Assembly: GCA_038867895.1 (NCBI GenBank)
Contig: JAWBXL010000008.1
Location: forward strand, 43-64,042
Direction: 5' to 3'
Length of the DNA stretch: 64,000 nucleotides
Source of the DNA: Candidatus Bathyarchaeia archaeon
GTDB taxonomy: Archaea; Thermoproteota; Bathyarchaeia; Bathyarchaeales; DTEX01
This document shows positions 43,423 to 52,671 of this stretch, one piece after another. The position numbers were made by a program, and so were the translations under genes. The notes below the pieces were generated by a model. The model saw only the letters and a list, made by a program, of their open reading frames with translations, had not been told where the DNA came from and ran no database searches. Every line of letters starts with the position of its first letter. Positions within the stretch are counted from its first letter, which is position 1.

Positions 43423-44502
43423 TTAAAGTTTCTCGCCGATAATTTTCTCTAGATTCACATACTTCTTAACTAGGTTTATGGCGGCGTTTATTCTCCTAAC
43501 ATCTTTGGGCTTTATTCTTCCAATCACTCTTTGTATGTATTGGAGGGTTGTATAAGTGTCGTATGGAACAAGTAGTAGTGGGATTTTAAGATGGTCTGCT
43601 TTTGGAAAGACTTTAACGCTTGGATAAAGATTTCCAGTTAATATTATTGCTGATACTCCCATCTCAAGAGCCGTTAAAATTATGTCTGTCCGGTCGCCGC
43701 CCGTTATCACAACTTCATTAAGAGCTCTACGAAAGTATTTTGCCGCGCTTTCAGGCGTCATGGCTCCAACAAGAATTTCCTCAACAACATTATCCAGCCC
43801 ATCTTTTCCTGCTAGAATCCTCCCGCCGATAAACTCGCATATCTCCCTGACTGTTGGAGCCTTTAATTCTCTGTCCTCCGGGATCACCCCTAGAACATTA
43901 ATATTCTGCTTTTCAATGAAGGGTTTGATCATACCTCTAAATCGCTCAATCCTGTCTTCCGGAACCCTGTTAAATATTACACCTAAGAGATTCGCCCTCC
44001 ATCTTGCGCATAGATCTTGAGACTGAAGCACGTTATCAATGGCAAAATCATTTTCCGCCATCTCAACCAATATTATATCTGCGCCTAGCTCCCTTGCAAT
44101 TCTTGGAGCTGAGCACCCTATAAAGGAGCCAGCCATGAGATTATGGGGGCTCTCAAGCAACACGACATCAGAGTTCTCTGAGATCTTTCTATAAGCACTT
44201 TTTATTTTCTCCATAAATAATTCAAGGTTATCCTCAACAAAATCCTCAAGAAATTCATCACCTTTAAGAAGAATTGGGCATATAATATCCTCAGCGTAAC
44301 CCAGCTTTAATATTGATTTCATTATTTCAACGTCTTCGTCATGTAGTTCTTTTCCAGGGGTGATTGATGAGCTAATTCCTATAGGTTTAAAGTATCCTAC
44401 CTTTAACCCCCTCTCCATGAATGTTAATGCTAAGGCTATGGTTATGGCGCTTTTACCAGAAAGCTCCTCGGTGGAGACTATATAAATTGCTTTTCTAGCC
44501 AA
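43423..44502 (-). CDS. Pta N-terminal-like regulatory protein (BioD-like P-loop + DRTGG domain) lacking the phosphotransacetylase catalytic domain
   Basis: N-terminus IYIVSTEELSGKSAITIALAL...GYFKPIG, and a DRTGG-type segment VITGGDRTDIILTALEMGVSAIILTGN. It lies 35 nt downstream of the ACD gene on the same strand. Confidence 0.7.
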   Translation of the reverse strand: MARKAIYIVSTEELSGKSAITIALALTFMERGLKVGYFKPIGISSSITPGKELHDEDVEIMKSILKLGYAEDIICPILLKGDEFLEDFVEDNLELFMEKIKSAYRKISENSDVVLLESPHNLMAGSFIGCSAPRIARELGADIILVEMAENDFAIDNVLQSQDLCARWRANLLGVIFNRVPEDRIERFRGMIKPFIEKQNINVLGVIPEDRELKAPTVREICEFIGGRILAGKDGLDNVVEEILVGAMTPESAAKYFRRALNEVVITGGDRTDIILTALEMGVSAIILTGNLYPSVKVFPKADHLKIPLLLVPYDTYTTLQYIQRVIGRIKPKDVRRINAAINLVKKYVNLEKIIGEKL

Positions 44503-44536
44503 TCTCCATCCCCAATATTCTTAACTCTTAACATTT

Positions 44537-46636
44537 TTATATTCTTATAATTATTCTCACATCCACTCCAAGACATCCTTCACCGCTCTCATAAACAAAC
44601 AATGGATTAATCTCCATCTCGGCTATATCCTCGAACTGCATCATTACCTCCGATACCCTAAGCATAACATCTATAATGGAGTTTATGTCTGAGGGTGGTT
44701 CTCCCCTAACTCCTCTAAGAAGAGCGTATGTTCTTGTCTCCTCGATCATTCTAGCAGCCTCTGCCCTAGTTAATGGACAGAGGCTATAGGAAACGTCCCT
44801 TAAGAAGTCAACATATATTCCGCCCAGGCCAAACATCATCAGCGGGCCGAACTGCGGGTCTCTGACGGCGCCCACAATAACCTCCTTCCCCCGTGGCGCC
44901 ATCTTCTGTATTAGCACGCCAGAGACCTTTGCGCGCGGAATAACTGCCCTCACCCTCCTAAGAAGATACTCATAATTTTCCTCCACCTCAGCCCTACTTT
45001 TAACTCCGAGGATCACCCCGCCAATATCTGTTTTATGTATGATGTCTGGCGAGATTACCTTCATCGCTACTGGATAACCCAATTCATCAGCTAGCCTGCC
45101 AGCCTCCTCCCTATTTTTAGCAACTACAGCCTTTGGCATAGGTATCCCAGCTGCATCAGCAACAGTTATAGCTTCGTTTATTGTGAGAGCTGACCGGCCC
45201 TCTGATCTTACGCGCTGAATAACCTCCAAAATTTTATCAGCATTTATTTCCACCTTTGAAATTTTCTCTTCAATAGGGGAGTTAAGTATTAAAGTGTACT
45301 CGTACATTGATTTGAGGACGTAAGCCGCTTGCTCCGGAAATGCGTAATTTGGAATTCTACTCCCCTTAAGTGTCTTAATGACCGTTGAGCTCTCCTCAAA
45401 CCCCATGAAGGAGGCGAGAATAGGTTTGCTTGAAATTCTTCCAATCTCAGCCAGGGCCTCGGCAACCTTTTCTGAGGGGGTTACCGCCTGTGGAGTTAAA
45501 ATAACTATTATTCCATCAACGTTACCGCTCTTTAAGCCTGCCTCAATTGCAATCTTATAGCGTTTTTCATCCGCATCACCCAAAACATCTATTGGATTGC
45601 TTAAACTAGCTTGTGGAGGCATATTTTTACGCAGATCTTCTATTATATCATGCTCAAGAAGTGGCAGCTCTAGATTAGATTTTTCGCATGCATCCGCGGC
45701 TAGTATGCCCGGTCCCCCACCATTCGTTACTATCAATATTCTTCTTCCTTTAAGTGGCGGTTGGGAGCCGAAAGCTAATACAAGGTTAAATAGTTCCTCA
45801 AGAGTATTAACCCTTATTACTCCAGCCTTCTTAAAGGCTGCTGAGAAAGCCGCGTCTGAGCCTGCTAAAGAGCCAGTATGAGATGAAACGGCCCTCATGC
45901 CAGCGCTAGTTGTCCCAGCTTTCACTGCGACTATGGGCTTCTTTCTAGAAACCCTCTTAGCAACCTCTATGAAGCGCTCCCCATTCTTAACGCCCTCAAT
46001 ATAAAGCCCGATAACCTTCGTGTCCTCGTCCTCGCCCAAAGCCTCTATAAAGTCGGCAGCATTCAAGTCAGCCTCATTACCCAAACTTATAAACTTTGTG
46101 AAGCCAATCCCGCTCCCAATAGCCCAATTTAGTATTGCGCTTCCAAGAGCCCCACTTTGAGAAACAAATGCTATATTGCCAGGTAAAGGCATTGCGGGGG
46201 CGAAAGAAGCATTTACGCGGTTTTGAACGCTTATTATTCCGAGACAGTTCGGACCTTGCATCCGCATACCGTATTTCCGGCATATGCTGACTAGCTCGCG
46301 CTCTAATTGTGCTCCTTCTCTGCCAGTCTCTCCAAAACCAGCGGAGATTATGACCACGCCCTTAATTCCCTTAGCGCCGCAGTCTTCTAGAACTGATGGC
46401 ACGGCCCTAGCTGGAACAACAATCACTGCTAGATCAACTTCACTTGGGGTGTCTCTAACACTTTTATAGCATTTTAGTCCCAGTATCTCGTCGGCATTAG
46501 GATTTATTGGATAAAGAGTTCCGCTAAAGCCTCCCTCAATAAGGTTTTTAAGTACCCTATGTCCAACCTTAGTTGGTTCTCTACTTGCCCCAACAACTGC
46601 GATGGATTTTGGGTTAAAGAAAGCGTCTAGTCCCAT
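44537..46636 (-). CDS. acd: acetate--CoA ligase (ADP-forming), fused alpha/beta subunits
   Basis: CoA-binding IAVVGASREP, phosphohistidine loop SSHTGSLAGSD and a C-terminal ATP-grasp. 699 aa. Confidence 0.9.
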   Translation of the reverse strand: MGLDAFFNPKSIAVVGASREPTKVGHRVLKNLIEGGFSGTLYPINPNADEILGLKCYKSVRDTPSEVDLAVIVVPARAVPSVLEDCGAKGIKGVVIISAGFGETGREGAQLERELVSICRKYGMRMQGPNCLGIISVQNRVNASFAPAMPLPGNIAFVSQSGALGSAILNWAIGSGIGFTKFISLGNEADLNAADFIEALGEDEDTKVIGLYIEGVKNGERFIEVAKRVSRKKPIVAVKAGTTSAGMRAVSSHTGSLAGSDAAFSAAFKKAGVIRVNTLEELFNLVLAFGSQPPLKGRRILIVTNGGGPGILAADACEKSNLELPLLEHDIIEDLRKNMPPQASLSNPIDVLGDADEKRYKIAIEAGLKSGNVDGIIVILTPQAVTPSEKVAEALAEIGRISSKPILASFMGFEESSTVIKTLKGSRIPNYAFPEQAAYVLKSMYEYTLILNSPIEEKISKVEINADKILEVIQRVRSEGRSALTINEAITVADAAGIPMPKAVVAKNREEAGRLADELGYPVAMKVISPDIIHKTDIGGVILGVKSRAEVEENYEYLLRRVRAVIPRAKVSGVLIQKMAPRGKEVIVGAVRDPQFGPLMMFGLGGIYVDFLRDVSYSLCPLTRAEAARMIEETRTYALLRGVRGEPPSDINSIIDVMLRVSEVMMQFEDIAEMEINPLFVYESGEGCLGVDVRIIIRI

Positions 46637-46777
46637 AGAGATCTTTCTATTTTTTCGCTTCTAATTATCTCTACGGCCTTATTAATAAATAGCGCGGTAT
46701 CATATAGGTGTGGACGCGTATATTTATAATATCCAGTAACATTTTTATCGGGGGTAATCCGCGGGGGGATCCATAAT

Positions 46778-48661
46778 ATGCTTAAGGAGGAGAGATTGCG
46801 CGATAGACCATACGACGATAAGAAGATGAGTTTGAAGGAGGCTCTAGACCGCATAAAACCTGGGGACCATATTTTTATAGGATCGGCTTGCGGTGAACCG
46901 CAATATTTAGTTAGGGGTTTAGTTGAGATGGCGGATCACTTAGCTAATAATGAGATACTTCATGTGCATACTCTTGGAGTGGCGCCATACACGAAGCCTA
47001 GGTATTCAGAGAGGTTCAGGATGAACGCATTTTTTGTTGGAATCAATACTCGTAGGGCAGTAGCTGAAGGTAGAGCTGATTATACACCAACCTTCTTATC
47101 TGACCTGCCACACTTAATAAGGAATGGAGCTATCCAAATCGATGTTGCGCTCATACAAGTTACGCCTCCGGATGAACATGGATTCTGTAGCCTGGGCGTT
47201 TCAGTGGATGTTACAAAGGTTGCCGCTGAGAGATCAAAGCTAGTTATCGCTCAGGTCAATAGGAAGATGCCGAGGGTTTTGGGCGATAGCTTCATACACG
47301 TGAAGGATATTGATATAATTGTTGAGCATGATGAGCCAATACTCGAGGCACCGTCCTCTGAACCAGACATAGTTTCAGAGCGTATCGCAAAGTATGTCTC
47401 TGACCTAGTTGAGAATGAGTCAACGCTACAGATAGGCATAGGTAGTATACCAGACGCGATCCTAAATTACCTGGTAGATAAAAGGGATCTTGGGATACAC
47501 ACCGAGCTTCTCACCGAAGGTGTTGTGAGCCTTGTTGAGGAGGGCGTGATAACATGCGCTAAAAAGACGATAAATAGAGGAAAGATAATCGCGTCATTTG
47601 CGATGGGAACCCGCAAATTATATGACTTCATAGATAATAATCCTATGGTTGAGTTTTACCCGTCAGACTATGTAAATAATCCATTCATAATTGCTCAGCA
47701 TGACAAGATGGTTGCGATAAATCAGGCGCTCGAAGTAGACTTAACTGGTCAGGTATGCTCCGATTCACTTGGCTATAAATTTTATAGTGGGTTGGGTGGG
47801 CAGGCTGATTTTATGAGGGGTGCAAGACTATCAAGGGGTGGAAAGGCGATAACAGTCTTACCTTCGACGGCGAAGGATGGAAGAATCTCGCGTATAAAGG
47901 ACTTTCTGACAAAGGGGGCAGGCGTCGTGTTAACTAGGGGTGATGTTGATTATGTTGTTACAGAGTATGGTGTAGCCTACCTTAGGGGTAAGACGATTAG
48001 GGAGAGGGCTCTAGCGTTAATAAGCATAGCTCATCCAAAGTTTAGGAATAGGCTTCTTGAATGGGCGAAAAAATATAATTACGTTCCAAAGGAGATTATG
48101 CCCTTCCCTGAAGTAGAGTATCCGGAGGAGCTAAAGCGGTATATCACATTGAAGGATGGGTCAAGAGTGCTGCTTAGGCCTATAAAGCCTTCTGATGCGA
48201 CCTTAAAGCAGCATCTCTTTTATGCCCTCTCAAAAGAGAGCGTTAAGAGAAGATTTCTGGGATCGTTAGATCTCATGCCCCTTAAACGAATATGGCCATA
48301 CGTTGTAATAGACTATGCTAATGAGATGAGCATTGTTGGCACGGTGATGGAGAATGATAATGAATTTATGGTAGCTATAGGAAGCTATTCACGTATACCC
48401 GGAACAGAAAAGGCAGAGGTTTCATTAATCGTGAGGGATGATTGGCAGAATAAGGGTTTGGGAACAGCCCTATTCAACTATCTAGCGGAGATAGCGAAAT
48501 CCCGTGGAATAAAGATTTTCACCGGATGGATTCTCGTGGAGAATGCTAAAATGATGCACATACTTAAGAAATCTGGGTATCCAATGAAATATAGAGTTGA
48601 CGGAAACCTATTTTATGTTGAGTTGGACCTCACAAAAACCCCAGTAAAGAAAAATGCTTGA
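46778..48661 (+). CDS. acetyl-CoA hydrolase/CoA-transferase (4-hydroxybutyrate CoA-transferase-like) fused to a C-terminal Pat-type GNAT
   Basis: The first ~430 aa show the CoA-transferase family I layout (GDHIFIGSACGEP..., HTELLTEG). The C-terminal ~180 aa are a GNAT with LRPIKPSD...IDYANEM...DDWQNKGLG. Confidence 0.85.
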   Translation: MLKEERLRDRPYDDKKMSLKEALDRIKPGDHIFIGSACGEPQYLVRGLVEMADHLANNEILHVHTLGVAPYTKPRYSERFRMNAFFVGINTRRAVAEGRADYTPTFLSDLPHLIRNGAIQIDVALIQVTPPDEHGFCSLGVSVDVTKVAAERSKLVIAQVNRKMPRVLGDSFIHVKDIDIIVEHDEPILEAPSSEPDIVSERIAKYVSDLVENESTLQIGIGSIPDAILNYLVDKRDLGIHTELLTEGVVSLVEEGVITCAKKTINRGKIIASFAMGTRKLYDFIDNNPMVEFYPSDYVNNPFIIAQHDKMVAINQALEVDLTGQVCSDSLGYKFYSGLGGQADFMRGARLSRGGKAITVLPSTAKDGRISRIKDFLTKGAGVVLTRGDVDYVVTEYGVAYLRGKTIRERALALISIAHPKFRNRLLEWAKKYNYVPKEIMPFPEVEYPEELKRYITLKDGSRVLLRPIKPSDATLKQHLFYALSKESVKRRFLGSLDLMPLKRIWPYVVIDYANEMSIVGTVMENDNEFMVAIGSYSRIPGTEKAEVSLIVRDDWQNKGLGTALFNYLAEIAKSRGIKIFTGWILVENAKMMHILKKSGYPMKYRVDGNLFYVELDLTKTPVKKNA

Positions 48662-48673
48662 AATTGAACTCTA

Positions 48674-49276
48674 CTATTCGCTCTTGAAGATCTCTAAAAT
48701 CCTCTCTCTGATCACGTCAAAGTGTTCTGGAAGTTTTTCTGGCGGTAAGTTTCTGACAAGATATTCTGAGAAGTGCGTTGAGTATTTCTCCTTGTCAGTT
48801 GAGGCTAATAGCTCAGCATACTTGGCTATATGTTCTCCACGTACTCTCGATTCATCTGGCAGGATAGATTCATCATGGGGAACCTCTACACCAGCATCTA
48901 CAAATCCCTTCATGGCCGCGAAGACTGCTGCGCCCCTTGATGGCGTATGTAAACCTATATCCAAGATAGCCTTTTTAACACCCTTTGTGGCAGCCCTTAA
49001 GCCGCAGAGTAAACCCACTAGATAGGCAGCTGGAAGATTATTTAGGCTTCCAAGCCAGCCAAATTTCTTTCTAAGCTCGCGGGAATGCGCTGAGGCGATA
49101 ACAACATCACCTATAACTGTTGCCATAATGACCTGAGCAACAAAGTTTCTATTAGTCTTCCTAACAACAAGCCGAGGAACCTTAGACACAATAAGCTTTT
49201 TTCTAACTCTATAATCGGTCTTGCCCTCCCTTCTTCTCCTATATGGAACGTTGTATGCGGGGCCCTTAGCCATCAT
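48674..49276 (-). CDS. rpl18: 50S ribosomal protein L18 (uL18)
   Basis: YRRRREGKTDYRVRKKLI...LVVRKTNR motif, at the end of the ribosomal operon. Confidence 0.9.
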   Translation of the reverse strand: MMAKGPAYNVPYRRRREGKTDYRVRKKLIVSKVPRLVVRKTNRNFVAQVIMATVIGDVVIASAHSRELRKKFGWLGSLNNLPAAYLVGLLCGLRAATKGVKKAILDIGLHTPSRGAAVFAAMKGFVDAGVEVPHDESILPDESRVRGEHIAKYAELLASTDKEKYSTHFSEYLVRNLPPEKLPEHFDVIRERILEIFKSE

Positions 49277-49725
49277 CGCCTCCTCCTTAGCCCGTGAGCC
49301 TCAATATACTGATGTAGGTCTGCGATTGATTTGAATACTCCAGCTTTAGCTTTAAGGTAAAGATGCCTGTAAGTCCTAACGGTTATTACGCGTTTCTCCT
49401 TAAGCTCGCGGAGTCTCCTCCTGATCGCTCTTATCCTCTCAACCCACTCCTTTGAGTGATCAATCCTTGCACCGGAAGCACCTCTCCTGCCTCCAATTCC
49501 TCTGCGTCTCCCCCTCTTCCTCTTCTCGTGGAGTATTCTAGCGCGCGCCCTGCTTACGCCCTGATCTTTAATCTTCCTTATAACGCCCTCCTCAATAAGC
49601 CTCTTAATATCCTCCCGCGTTATTGCATTCTCTACATCCTCAATTCTTTCAGGGTCTATCCAAACCCTCTCCTCGCCAACGCCTAATATTTCTGCAGCCA
49701 TCCTACGTTGACTTCTAAGACTCAA
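49273..49725 (-). CDS. rpl19e: 50S ribosomal protein L19e
   Basis: LRSQRRMAAEILGVGEERVWIDP conserved N-terminus and an Arg-rich centre. Confidence 0.9.
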   Translation of the reverse strand: MSLRSQRRMAAEILGVGEERVWIDPERIEDVENAITREDIKRLIEEGVIRKIKDQGVSRARARILHEKRKRGRRRGIGGRRGASGARIDHSKEWVERIRAIRRRLRELKEKRVITVRTYRHLYLKAKAGVFKSIADLHQYIEAHGLRRRR

Positions 49726-49753
49726 TTATAACACCTCCACCAGCCATCCTAGA

Positions 49754-50155
49754 TCATATTGTTGCGTTTAGAACATGTATGCCTAGCTCCTTTGCTCTAT
49801 TAAGTATTTCAGTCCTCTTTTTTGCGCCAACAGTATGAGCTATTCTTATAGCCTCTGTCATGGGGTTAACGTGGTTCAGGTCGTCAACATTATAAACTAT
49901 AACCTCACGGTAGGCTGAGGGGTGTAAGGCTCTAGCCTTCCTCGGCCCTCTATAGCCAATTTTAACCCTAGCTGGCCAGCCCTTAACCTCCTTACGCATT
50001 TTACTATCTATACCCTTCGGTTTCCTCCAATTTTCATCCACACGGTCGTAGCGCCAGCTCTCCTGTCTAACAAAGTCCGGCTTTTTCCTCTTAATCTTCC
50101 TTCTTAACTCTATAGCTCTCTTAACCTCTTCTAAACTTTTAGCCTCGGAGTTCAA
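49754..50155 (-). CDS. rpl32e: 50S ribosomal protein L32e
   Basis: KKPDFVRQESWRY..V...WRKPKGIDSKMR motif. Confidence 0.9.
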   Translation of the reverse strand: MNSEAKSLEEVKRAIELRRKIKRKKPDFVRQESWRYDRVDENWRKPKGIDSKMRKEVKGWPARVKIGYRGPRKARALHPSAYREVIVYNVDDLNHVNPMTEAIRIAHTVGAKKRTEILNRAKELGIHVLNATI

Positions 50156-50718
50156 CTGACAAGCCCCTCCATCTTCTCATAAACATATATGCCATCTAGA
50201 AACCTGCGCGGATCCTTCTCTTTTATTCTAGTCGCCTGCTCTATGTTTGCGGCTGTTTGGCTAACTTCCTCCAGGTTTATCCCATATACTATTACATCAT
50301 CCCCTTTAATAGCAACTTTTGCACTACCAACAATCTTCGCGATTCTCGGCGTTCTCTCACCCATAAAGTTTTCAATGAGGATCTTGTTCCCATCAACTTT
50401 GACTGATATTGGAAAGTGGGCATAAACTATCTTAAGCTTATACGTCCAACCTTTTGTTACACCTTTAATCATATTTTTAATATGTGCTGCAACTGTTCCC
50501 ACATGAGACTTTTCTCTTCTCTTTGGCCAAACTGCGTAAACCACAACCTTATCCCCTAAAACCTCTATTGAAACAGGGTTACTCGTGAAATCGCGTGTTA
50601 ATTTGCCTAGGGGGCCTATAACCTCCACTATCCTGCCATTTATATTAATCTTAACTCCCTCTGGAACCTCTATTTCCCTTTTCTCGACCTTAGCAACCTC
50701 ATATAGCTGTTCCAGCAT
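50152..50718 (-). CDS. rpl6: 50S ribosomal protein L6 (uL6)
   Basis: Two-domain uL6 pattern and operon position between S8 and L32e. Confidence 0.9.
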   Translation of the reverse strand: MLEQLYEVAKVEKREIEVPEGVKININGRIVEVIGPLGKLTRDFTSNPVSIEVLGDKVVVYAVWPKRREKSHVGTVAAHIKNMIKGVTKGWTYKLKIVYAHFPISVKVDGNKILIENFMGERTPRIAKIVGSAKVAIKGDDVIVYGINLEEVSQTAANIEQATRIKEKDPRRFLDGIYVYEKMEGLVS

Positions 50719-50734
50719 TCCATCTCACCAACCA

Positions 50735-51124
50735 CTAATAAACGTATGCTAAGAGCTTACCTCCAATCCCCCTCTTCTTAGCCTCAATATGCGACATAAC
50801 TCCCTGAGAGGTCGTCACTATGAGTACACCCATATCTCTTGCGGGAAGATAAGTTTTCTCCCACTCTTCAATATCCTTGGTCCTAAAAGAGTATCTGGGC
50901 CTAATAGCCCCGCACTTATTTATTCTACCAAGGAGCTGAACCCTAAACTTACCTGTCCTGCCATCATCAATAAACTCGAATTCGCCAATATAGCCGTGCA
51001 TCTGCATAACCCTTAATACATTGCCGAGGAGCTTTGATGCGGGCATTATATAGCATTCCTTCTTTCTCCTAACCTCATTATTATATATCGTGGTTAAACC
51101 ATTAGCAATAGTATCCATGTTCAT
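50735..51124 (-). CDS. rps8: 30S ribosomal protein S8 (uS8)
   Basis: [14 protein letters not shown]...YIMPASKL conserved N-terminus. ATG 51124 is preceded by GAGGTGG (5-nt spacer), preferred over the ORF-track GTG at 51133. Confidence 0.9.
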   Translation of the reverse strand: MNMDTIANGLTTIYNNEVRRKKECYIMPASKLLGNVLRVMQMHGYIGEFEFIDDGRTGKFRVQLLGRINKCGAIRPRYSFRTKDIEEWEKTYLPARDMGVLIVTTSQGVMSHIEAKKRGIGGKLLAYVY

Positions 51125-51134
51125 TGAAACCACC

Positions 51135-51302
51135 TCAGCTATACTTCTTAAAGCCTAGTTTCTCAGCGACCTCCCTAAAGCATTGTCTGCATAACATTAA
51201 GCCATACCTTCTTATTATTGGGCCATATGAGCCGCATCTTCTACACGGTCTACTACCCTTTCCGATCTTTCTCACCTTTTTTTGTTGACCTTTCTCGCTC
51301 AC
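51135..51302 (-). CDS. rps14: 30S ribosomal protein S14 type Z (uS14, zinc-binding)
   Basis: Hand-translated 55-aa ORF, below the ORF-track cutoff: (GTG)[55 protein letters not shown]. It has the CxxC...CxxC zinc motif and the expected slot between L5 and S8. Confidence 0.85.
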   Translation of the reverse strand: MSEKGQQKKVRKIGKGSRPCRRCGSYGPIIRRYGLMLCRQCFREVAEKLGFKKYS

Positions 51303-51315
51303 TTACCCACCCCCA

Positions 51316-51909
51316 TTACTTCTTTTTACGTTTTTTCTTTTCTTTTTTCTCCTCGGTTATATTGACACCGAACTCATTAATCATAAATGAGATTGCTTCC
51401 TCGGCTGTCAACCTATGTTTTTTGCCAACTTTAGATCTTGCATGCCTCCTATATTTAACCCTATAGCCTGGCCTTGCCAGAGATACGCAGATATCCATGC
51501 CTATAATGCCCAATTCAGGAGAATATTTTGTCCCGGGTATATCAATATGCTCCTCTATCCCGAATGAGAAGTTCCCAAAATTGTCAAATGAGCTGGCTGG
51601 GATCTTGTTGCCAACGGCATCCAGCACCCTCTTCAAGAACTCTATGGCCCTTTCACCCCTAAGTGTAACTAAGCATGCTATTGGCTCCTTACGCCTTATG
51701 CCAAAATCCTTTATTGTCTTTTTGGCTCTTCTATAGCATGGCTTCTGGCCAGTTAGATCCTCAATTATCTTCATAGCTTTCTCAAGCGGTTCACCTGACT
51801 TGCCGACACAACAGTTCACAACAACTTTCTCTATTCTCGGCATAAGCATCGGATTCTCCTGCCACTTAGCCCTAAAACTTTCAATTAGCTCAGCTGAGAT
51901 GCTACTCAC
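51316..51909 (-). CDS. rpl5: 50S ribosomal protein L5 (uL5) with Lys-rich C-terminal tail
   Basis: NPMLMPRIEKVVVNCCVG core. GTG 51909 gives MSSISAELIESFRAKWQENPM, matching archaeal uL5 N-termini. The ORF-track ATG 51951 would run deep into rps4e. Confidence 0.88.
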   Translation of the reverse strand: MSSISAELIESFRAKWQENPMLMPRIEKVVVNCCVGKSGEPLEKAMKIIEDLTGQKPCYRRAKKTIKDFGIRRKEPIACLVTLRGERAIEFLKRVLDAVGNKIPASSFDNFGNFSFGIEEHIDIPGTKYSPELGIIGMDICVSLARPGYRVKYRRHARSKVGKKHRLTAEEAISFMINEFGVNITEEKKEKKKRKKK

Positions 51910-52669
51910 CCTCCACCACCTTTGGTAGAGAGATCCTGGGCATTTTATCACCTATAACAAACAGATAGTCTAGGATTGTTTGATACAGATCTCCCTTCTC
52001 ATCCTCTATCGACACCAGGCACCTACGCTTTTTCTGTCCCTCGATTAGATCAATATTTTTGATAGAACCATATCTGCCAAGGTTTTCCCCGTCAACTATA
52101 AGGGCCATCATACCAGCCTCAAGCCTAAGGTGCTCAAGGATCGTCTGGTCTGGCAGGCTTATCCTCAGCGTATCGAGGGTGCGGTATTCCTCTCCAACAG
52201 GCTTCTTCGGGTCCTCGCATCTTATGAGTATATTTCTACCATCATGTAGATTAAGCTGAAGGTGTCCTCCGAGGAGAGTTTTCTTATTTTCTATCCTACA
52301 GATCTTATACTTTATCTCCTCACCATTTATCTCAAATAACGCTAAACCCTTACCGTATGGGAGAACTCTCCAATGCTTATTGATTTCTGGTATGGAGAGA
52401 ACATCCATTAATCCAATCGGAAAGTGCACATCACGCCTAATCTTACCATCAACAAGAATCTTTCCTTGGGCGACAACCATCTTTGCCTCCCTCATCGTCT
52501 CGGCATAGCCCAAAAGATCTCTAACAATTACCCCCAAGGGTATACAGCGCTCAAAGGGATGTGGTCCAGGATCCGGCTTAAGAGCCCAAACATACTTCTT
52601 TCTATGTATAGGCCAGAAGGCAGGGGTTACCTCACGCTTTAAATGTCTACTGCCACCCATCTTCCCCAT
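51902..52669 (-). CDS. rps4e: 30S ribosomal protein S4e
   Basis: GGSRHLKR...AFWPI.RK...W...P.PGPH conserved N-terminus. Confidence 0.95.
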   Translation of the reverse strand: MGKMGGSRHLKREVTPAFWPIHRKKYVWALKPDPGPHPFERCIPLGVIVRDLLGYAETMREAKMVVAQGKILVDGKIRRDVHFPIGLMDVLSIPEINKHWRVLPYGKGLALFEINGEEIKYKICRIENKKTLLGGHLQLNLHDGRNILIRCEDPKKPVGEEYRTLDTLRISLPDQTILEHLRLEAGMMALIVDGENLGRYGSIKNIDLIEGQKKRRCLVSIEDEKGDLYQTILDYLFVIGDKMPRISLPKVVEGE

Positions 52670-52671
52670 AA

